Shown here: piece after piece, positions 27,385-32,000 of the stretch
Numbering within the stretch: the first letter of the stretch is position 1
Layout: each line of letters starts with the position of its first letter
Origin: Cupriavidus necator
Lineage (GTDB): Bacteria; Pseudomonadota; Gammaproteobacteria; Burkholderiales; Burkholderiaceae
Reading direction: 5' to 3'
DNA: 32,000 nt
Assembly: GCF_016127575.1 (NCBI RefSeq)
Contig: NZ_CP066018.1
Span: forward strand, 1,380,001-1,412,000
Translations under genes and position numbers: made by a program
Notes under the pieces: model-generated
Database searches by the model: none
What the model was told of the DNA's origin: nothing
Seen by the model: the letters and a program-made list of their open reading frames with translations, nothing else

Positions 27385-27412
27385 CAGAAGCGGCCGTTTT
27401 GCGCTTCTGTTT
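27385..27412 (+). terminator. Rho-independent-type terminator after the GT1/OB-fold/small-protein unit
   Basis: CAGAAGCG (27385-27392), a 9-nt loop, then CGCTTCTG (27402-27409), followed by TTT. Confidence 0.55.
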
Positions 27413-27508
27413 GGACGATTGGATCGGCGTGCCGGCGCCTACAGTGTGAAGGTATGCGGTGGCCACTGTGTCTTGCATGGCAGCCCGCCCCAGCCATACA
27501 GGACATCC

Positions 27509-28051
27509 ATGTACAAAGCTATGCTGGCCGCAGGCCTTGGCCTGCTGATCACCGGTTGCTCGACCTACCAGGCAGTGACCCCGGTCGACCGGCCCGACCA
27601 CACCGATCCCCTGGTCGCGTTCCAGGTGCCCGCTGGCGGCGGCCCGCTGGGCAACTACGGCGCCAACGGCACGCTGCTGTGCGTGGTGGTGAACCCGGTC
27701 ACAGGCAATGACTTTGTCGAGAACTTTCTCTCATCGCTGCGGCGGCGCAATTTTGAGGTGAAGGTGCTGCAGGCGCAGACCTCGATCGCGGCATGCCCGG
27801 TGGTGGCGCTGTACACGGCGCGCAGCGCCTGGTACTGGACTGCGTACCTGAACAGCGCGGACATCACCGTGTTCCGCAACGGCGACCGTGTCGGCAAGGC
27901 CATCTATAACGCCAACCGCAGCGCGGGCGGGCTCAACCTGAGCAACTTCGTGCAGCCGTCGTCCAAGCTGGATGAACTGGTCGAACAGCTGTTCCCCGGC
28001 ATGCTGCCGCCGCCCCCGCCGCCGGCGGGCACGGCCGCCCCGGCGGCCTAG
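27509..28051 (+). CDS. Hypothetical lipoprotein with a Pro-rich C-terminus
   Basis: 180 aa from ATG 27509, with AGGA 5 nt upstream. The lipobox is LLITG|C, and the C-terminus reads MLPPPPPPAGTAAPAA. The ORF-track start at 27308 is rejected. Confidence 0.65.
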   Translation: MYKAMLAAGLGLLITGCSTYQAVTPVDRPDHTDPLVAFQVPAGGGPLGNYGANGTLLCVVVNPVTGNDFVENFLSSLRRRNFEVKVLQAQTSIAACPVVALYTARSAWYWTAYLNSADITVFRNGDRVGKAIYNANRSAGGLNLSNFVQPSSKLDELVEQLFPGMLPPPPPPAGTAAPAA

Positions 28052-28103
28052 CCTGTCAGCAGTCAACCGGAGGGCCGGACCATGCCTCTCTGCGCAGCAT
28101 CTT

Positions 28104-28125
28104 GCCGGGCGCAGCCGCGCCCGGC
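28104..28125. terminator. Perfect 9-bp GC hairpin between convergent genes; possible bidirectional terminator, no U-tract
   Basis: GCCGGGCGC-agcc-GCGCCCGGC, lying between the lipoprotein stop (28051) and the deacylase stop (28140). Confidence 0.35.
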
Positions 28126-28139
28126 CCAGCGTACCCGGA

Positions 28140-29114
28140 TCAGCGCTCCAGCCGCCCCAGGCGCACCACGGTCACGCCCGGGCGCAGCTGCCGCAGCGAC
28201 GGCATCACCAGCACGCAATCCGGATACGGCGTCACCACTGGCTCGCCGTCGCGCCAGCCGATTACGGTCCCGGCCTCGGTAAAGGTCTCCAGCCCGGTAT
28301 AGGGGCCGGCAAAGCGGAAGTCCATGCTGGTGGCCACCACCGGCTCGGTCACGCGCACCACGCGCTGCGTGGCGGGCAGCGGTTGCAGCCAGCCTGCGGG
28401 CAAGTCGCTCGCATCGATCACGCCGGCATGCAGCAGGAAGCGCGCGGTGCTGTCCTGCGCCACGGTCACGGCGGCGGGCTCCCAGTGCTGGCCGCACTCG
28501 ATCAGCAGTGCATTGCGCGGGCTGGCGGCATCGCCAAAGCCATCGTAGTCGCGCATGCGGCGGCCTTCGGGGTGGCCTTCGTCGACGATCACATCGGCCG
28601 GCGCGCCCAGCGCGCGCGCCAGGGCGATGCCCTTGTCGAGCGGGCCGGAGACGATCAGCGGCCGGCTTTTCTCATGCATCGAATGCAGGTCCAGCAGCAG
28701 GTCGACGGTGTCGATCACCGGCCGCATGGCGCGCGCGCGGCGCAGCTCCGATGAATCCAGGCTGGCGTCATCCAGCACCCTGGCGGTCCACACGCGGTTG
28801 AAATCCTGGTCGACAAAGCGCGATGCGTCGGGCCTGGCGGCATCGAAGCTGTGGTACGCGTCGACGTTGGCAAACGCCAGCGTCAGCCGGCCGCGGCGCG
28901 GGCGCAGTCCGTGGTCCAGCAGCGCCTTGACGCCGATGGCGCCGCAGACCTCGTTGCCGTGGGTCAGCGCGTTGACCATCACGTGCGGGCCGGGCTGGCC
29001 GCTGTCGAAGGTGTACAGGTAGGGGATGCCGGTATTGCCGGCGGCGTAGGCGCGGATGTCGGGGAACGCGACATCGACTGGGTAGGCGTCGATCGGTGCG
29101 GTGGGCTGGGTCAT
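28140..29114 (-). CDS. Succinylglutamate desuccinylase/aspartoacylase (AstE/AspA) family zinc deacylase
   Basis: 324 aa with NALTHGNEVCG (the HxxE zinc motif), DQDFNRVW and LLDLHSMHE (the second His ligand). Confidence 0.8.
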   Translation of the reverse strand: MTQPTAPIDAYPVDVAFPDIRAYAAGNTGIPYLYTFDSGQPGPHVMVNALTHGNEVCGAIGVKALLDHGLRPRRGRLTLAFANVDAYHSFDAARPDASRFVDQDFNRVWTARVLDDASLDSSELRRARAMRPVIDTVDLLLDLHSMHEKSRPLIVSGPLDKGIALARALGAPADVIVDEGHPEGRRMRDYDGFGDAASPRNALLIECGQHWEPAAVTVAQDSTARFLLHAGVIDASDLPAGWLQPLPATQRVVRVTEPVVATSMDFRFAGPYTGLETFTEAGTVIGWRDGEPVVTPYPDCVLVMPSLRQLRPGVTVVRLGRLER

Positions 29115-29187
29115 GGGAATCGGTGCGTTCAGGGCGCCTGGCAGGTCGTATGCCTGCGGGGTCGTTGTTGTGAATCGAGTTGAGGAA

Positions 29188-29221
29188 GGGCGGCGGGCAC
29201 TTGCAAGAAGCGACGCCGCCC
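29188..29221 (-). terminator. Hairpin downstream of the Bug gene; candidate terminator
   Basis: GGGCGGCG (29188-29195) pairs with CGCCGCCC (29214-29221) across an 18-nt loop. On the minus strand it is followed by TTCCTC. Weak. Confidence 0.3.
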
Positions 29222-29232
29222 CGCAACCTCAC

Positions 29233-30201
29233 TTATTCATGAATGCCAGCGGTCTGCACGATGGTGCGATAGCGCCCCGTCTCGCGCTTGATAAAGCTGC
29301 CGAACTGCGCCGGATTGGCAGGCGCCACTTCCACACCGGCTTCTGCCAGCTTCTTCTTCACATCCGGCATGGCCAGCACGGCCTGCATCTCGGTGTTCAG
29401 GCGCTCCACCACCGCTTGCGGCAGCCTGGCCGGGCCCATCAGGCCGAACCACACGCCCATGTCGACGCCCTTGAGCGCGGGCGTCTCGGCCAGCGCGGGC
29501 ACGTTCGGCGCCACCGGCGAGCGCTTGGCGTTGGTCACGCCGTAGGCCTGCACGCGGCCGGCCTGGATATGCGGCAGCGCCGACGACAGCACCATTACCG
29601 CCAGGTCGATCTGGCCGCCGAGCAGGTCGGTGGCCATGGCCGACGCGCCCTTGTACGGCACGTGCGTGATATTGACCTTGCCCTGCTGCTTGATCAGCTC
29701 GCCGGCCAGGTTCAGCGGCGTGCCCACGCCCGACGAGGCATACGACAGCTTGCCCGGCTGGGCCTTGGCCAGCGCAATCAGCTCGGCCGCGTTCCTGGCC
29801 GCCAGGCCGGGCTTGCCGACCAGCACCATCGGCTGGGTGCCGACGAAGGTCACCGGCACCAGGTCCTTTTCGCCGTCGTAGCGCACGGCGGGGTTGGTCA
29901 GGCGGGCGATCGACACTTCACTGCCCGAGCCCATCAGCAGGGTGTAGCCGTCGGCCTCGGCCTTGACCACCTTGGCCGCGCCGATGGTGCCGCCGGCGCC
30001 GCCCAGGTTCTCGATCACCACGCTCTGGCCCAGGCGCTTGCCCAGCTCCGGGGCAATGGTCCGGGCCACCAGGTCGACGCTGCCGCCGGCGGTGTAGCCC
30101 ACCACCAGCGTGATCGGCTTGGCGGGCCAGGCGGAGGCAACGGCGCCGGCGGAAGCGGCAAGGCAGAGTGCGGCAGCGGCCGCGCGCAGGATGGTCTTCA
30201 T
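29233..30201 (-). CDS. Bug/TctC-family periplasmic solute-binding protein
   Basis: 322 aa from ATG 30201: MKTILRAAAAALCLAASAGAVASA|WPAKPITLVVGYTAGGSVD, plus IENLGGAGG. The ORF-track start at 30324 is rejected. Confidence 0.9.
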   Translation of the reverse strand: MKTILRAAAAALCLAASAGAVASAWPAKPITLVVGYTAGGSVDLVARTIAPELGKRLGQSVVIENLGGAGGTIGAAKVVKAEADGYTLLMGSGSEVSIARLTNPAVRYDGEKDLVPVTFVGTQPMVLVGKPGLAARNAAELIALAKAQPGKLSYASSGVGTPLNLAGELIKQQGKVNITHVPYKGASAMATDLLGGQIDLAVMVLSSALPHIQAGRVQAYGVTNAKRSPVAPNVPALAETPALKGVDMGVWFGLMGPARLPQAVVERLNTEMQAVLAMPDVKKKLAEAGVEVAPANPAQFGSFIKRETGRYRTIVQTAGIHE

Positions 30202-30278
30202 GGTCTTGGCTCTGGGGGTCCCGGAATGGTTGTTGTGGAGCGATGGTAGTGAGCGCGGAACCGGCCCGGCGTGCAGCT

Positions 30279-30307
30279 TTGGCAAGGGCGGTTGCCGATT
30301 CGGCAAT
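30279..30307. promoter_or_regulatory. Candidate LysR-type operator: TTGGCAA-N6-TTGCCGA-T-TCGGCAAT
   Basis: A perfect 7-bp inverted repeat TTGCCGA/TCGGCAA (30292-30306) fits T-N11-A. An extra GGCAA half-site sits 21 bp upstream. The site lies between the LysR stop (30324) and the Bug start (30201). Confidence 0.4.
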
Positions 30308-30323
30308 GGTGGCCGAAGGCGCA

Positions 30324-31268
30324 TCAGCGCGGTGCCTGCACCGCCGCCTGCCAGAAAGCCTCGGCCAGCGGGCGCATCGGCGCGCGCGGGCGGTACAGGC
30401 GGATATCGAGCGCCAGGTCGCCGCCATCATCGCTGCGCGCGCCGCTGATGGCACGCACCAGGCGCCCGGCGTGCAGGTCGTCGGCAATCAGGCGTGCCGG
30501 CAGCCAGGCCAGGCCCATGCGCTGGCGCACCATCTCGTGCACCGACTCGGCAAAGTCGCTGACCGCGATCACGTCCAGCCGCGGCGCCAGCTTGCGGCGC
30601 GCGATCTCCTGGTTGACCATGCGGCCGAGTGTCAGGGTCTCGGCGTAGGCGATCATGGGCACCGGCTTCGCCGCAGCCTTGCCGGTCGCAAGCCGGTGCA
30701 GCGGCGCGCCGCGCGCATCGGCGGCGCTGACGCAAACCAGCCGCTCCACGCCGGCCAGGTGGAACTGGTAGCGCGCGTCATCCAGCATCACCGGCAGGTC
30801 CGGCGGGCTGTAGCAGAGCAGGAAATCGGCATCGCCCTCGGCAAACATGGCTAGCGCGTCATGCATCGGGAAGGTCGACAGCTGCGTGCGGAAACCGGCC
30901 GCCGCGGGGTCGTGCCGCAGCGCCTCGCGCAGGCCCGCCAGCCACGCCGGCACCATCGAGCGCGCCAGGGTCTTGCCGGTGGCGATGGTGACCGTGCTGG
31001 CGTCGGCGCGGTGCGCGGCGCGCAGCGCCACGCGGGTCTCGTCCAGCGTGCGCAAGGCGCTCTGCGCGGCTTCCAGGAACTGGCGCCCTTCGGCGGTCAG
31101 CCGCACCGGGAACGCGCTGCGGTCGATCAGCGGGGCGCCGGCCCAGACCTCAAGCGCCTGCATGCGCCGGCCAAACGCGGGCGGGGTCACGTTGCGCAGC
31201 TCGGCGGCGCGCGCCAGGCTGCCGGCCTGGGCCAGGCAGACGAAGTCTTCAAGCCAGCGGATATGCAT
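30324..31268 (-). CDS. LysR-family transcriptional regulator
   Basis: 314 aa: MHIRWLEDFVCLAQAGSLARAAELRNVTPPAFGRRMQALEVW. Confidence 0.92.
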   Translation of the reverse strand: MHIRWLEDFVCLAQAGSLARAAELRNVTPPAFGRRMQALEVWAGAPLIDRSAFPVRLTAEGRQFLEAAQSALRTLDETRVALRAAHRADASTVTIATGKTLARSMVPAWLAGLREALRHDPAAAGFRTQLSTFPMHDALAMFAEGDADFLLCYSPPDLPVMLDDARYQFHLAGVERLVCVSAADARGAPLHRLATGKAAAKPVPMIAYAETLTLGRMVNQEIARRKLAPRLDVIAVSDFAESVHEMVRQRMGLAWLPARLIADDLHAGRLVRAISGARSDDGGDLALDIRLYRPRAPMRPLAEAFWQAAVQAPR

Positions 31269-31331
31269 GGAAGGCGGACCGTTGAAGGTGGGGCGGCAAT
31301 GCCCTCATTATCGGCAATACCGGCCGCCACC

Positions 31332-31359
31332 TTTGCCTGCCGCATTCCTCGGTTAGAAT
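31332..31359 (+). promoter_or_regulatory. Sigma70-like promoter (TTTGCC-N16-TAGAAT) placed for a leaderless MerR-family mRNA
   Basis: The -10 TAGAAT at 31354-31359 ends 7 nt before the ATG at 31367. There is no purine-rich RBS in between (tttttcgc). Confidence 0.4.
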
Positions 31360-31366
31360 TTTTCGC

Positions 31367-32000
31367 ATGACACTGATCCGGCGCCGCCACCCCTCGTCCC
31401 CGACCAGCCAGGCGTCCGACACCACGCCGCCCGCCCCGGAATACACCATCGACGAGCTGGCGCGCGTGGCCGGCACCACGGTGCGCAACGTGCGCTCCTA
31501 CCAGGACCGCGGCTTGATCGATCCGCCGCAGCGGCGCGGGCGCGTCGGCATCTACACGCAGGCGCACCTGGGACGGCTCAAGCTGATCCACCACCTGCTG
31601 GCGCGCGGCTATACGCTGGCCAATATCACCGAGCTGCTCAAGGCCATCGTCGAGGGGCACGACCTGCGCTCGATCCTTGGGTTGGAGACTGCCATCAGCA
31701 GCCCGTGGACCAACGAGACGCCGCGGCACTACTCCTACCTGGCGCTGGCGCGGCTGTTCGGCCGCGCGATCTCGCGCCCGGCCCTGGCCAAGGCGATCTC
31801 GCTGGGGCTGCTGGAACCGGACGGCCTGGGCTATCTCGCGCGCAGCCCGCGCGCGCTGGCCGCGGGCGCGGAGATCGCCCAGGCGGGCTTTGCGCTGGAA
31901 GACGTGCTGGAGATCATCGCGCAGTCGCGCGGGCATTTCCAGGCGGTATCTGACCATATCGTCGCTACCGTGGTGCGCGAGCTGGACCGCTTTGGCATTG
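31367..32000 (+). CDS. MerR-family transcriptional regulator; the 3' end runs off the window
   Basis: This ORF is not in the track because it has no stop in the window. My translation gives MTLIRRRHPSSPTSQASDTTPPAPEYTIDELARVAGTTVRNVRSYQDRGLIDPPQRRGRVGIYTQAHLGRLKLIHHLLARGYTLANITELL, which is a MerR-type HTH. Confidence 0.8.
   Translation, partial: MTLIRRRHPSSPTSQASDTTPPAPEYTIDELARVAGTTVRNVRSYQDRGLIDPPQRRGRVGIYTQAHLGRLKLIHHLLARGYTLANITELLKAIVEGHDLRSILGLETAISSPWTNETPRHYSYLALARLFGRAISRPALAKAISLGLLEPDGLGYLARSPRALAAGAEIAQAGFALEDVLEIIAQSRGHFQAVSDHIVATVVRELDRFGI

Noticed and set aside
29101-30249. 382-aa plus-strand ORF opposite the Bug gene.
   Set aside because: Antisense artefact. The minus frame has the signal peptide and the Bug family motifs.
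14545-30324. Longest-ORF start codons from the track for several genes: 14545 (CHAD), 15960 (mnmE), 21042 (ACAD), 9906 (lipoprotein), 26503 (OB-fold), 27308 (lipoprotein), 30324 (Bug), and 23031 TTG (CoA-transferase).
   Set aside because: These extensions overlap the upstream gene or add Arg/Pro-rich junk ahead of a canonical N-terminus, signal peptide or RBS-ATG. I used the internal starts given in the feature table.

Overview
This is a high-GC, almost fully coding chromosomal segment. The gene content and three Bug/TctC-type solute-binding genes suggest a Burkholderiaceae genome of the Cupriavidus/Ralstonia type; that assignment is inference only. I support 31 protein-coding genes and found no rRNA, tRNA, CRISPR array or mobile element.

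Layout:
- 1-7698, minus strand: xerC (5' part only), a DUF484 gene, and upstream of them the cell-elongation operon mreB-mreC-mreD-mrdA(PBP2)-rodA.
- 7699-8287: an unusually long 589-nt non-coding spacer.
- 8288-13315, plus strand: gatC-gatA-[lipoprotein]-[secreted dienelactone-hydrolase-like esterase]-gatB.
- 13393-17522: tam, a VOC/glyoxalase gene, a PaaI thioesterase, a CHAD-only protein and mnmE.
- 17539-24041, minus strand: Bug, family III CoA-transferase, crotonase, tandem-fused acyl-CoA dehydrogenase, Bug. A divergent LysR gene sits at 24222-25178.
- 25247-28051: a GT1 glycosyltransferase, a membrane-anchored OB-fold protein, a 67-aa membrane protein and a lipoprotein.
- 28140-31268, minus strand: LysR, Bug and an AstE/AspA-family deacylase.
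- 31367 to the window end: a MerR-family gene that looks leaderless.

I do not see an obvious defence or mobile system. The observations most worth follow-up:
- The fused alpha-beta acyl-CoA dehydrogenase, which has a degenerate second active site and an internal RBS-ATG, together with its orphan catabolic operon.
- The two exported proteins wedged inside the gatCAB operon.
- The long Ala/Pro/Lys tails on PBP2 and MreC.
- A roughly 28-bp GC hairpin between mreB and mreC.
- The GT1/OB-fold/mini-membrane-protein unit.

All functional calls come from motif recognition by eye. No database search was run.
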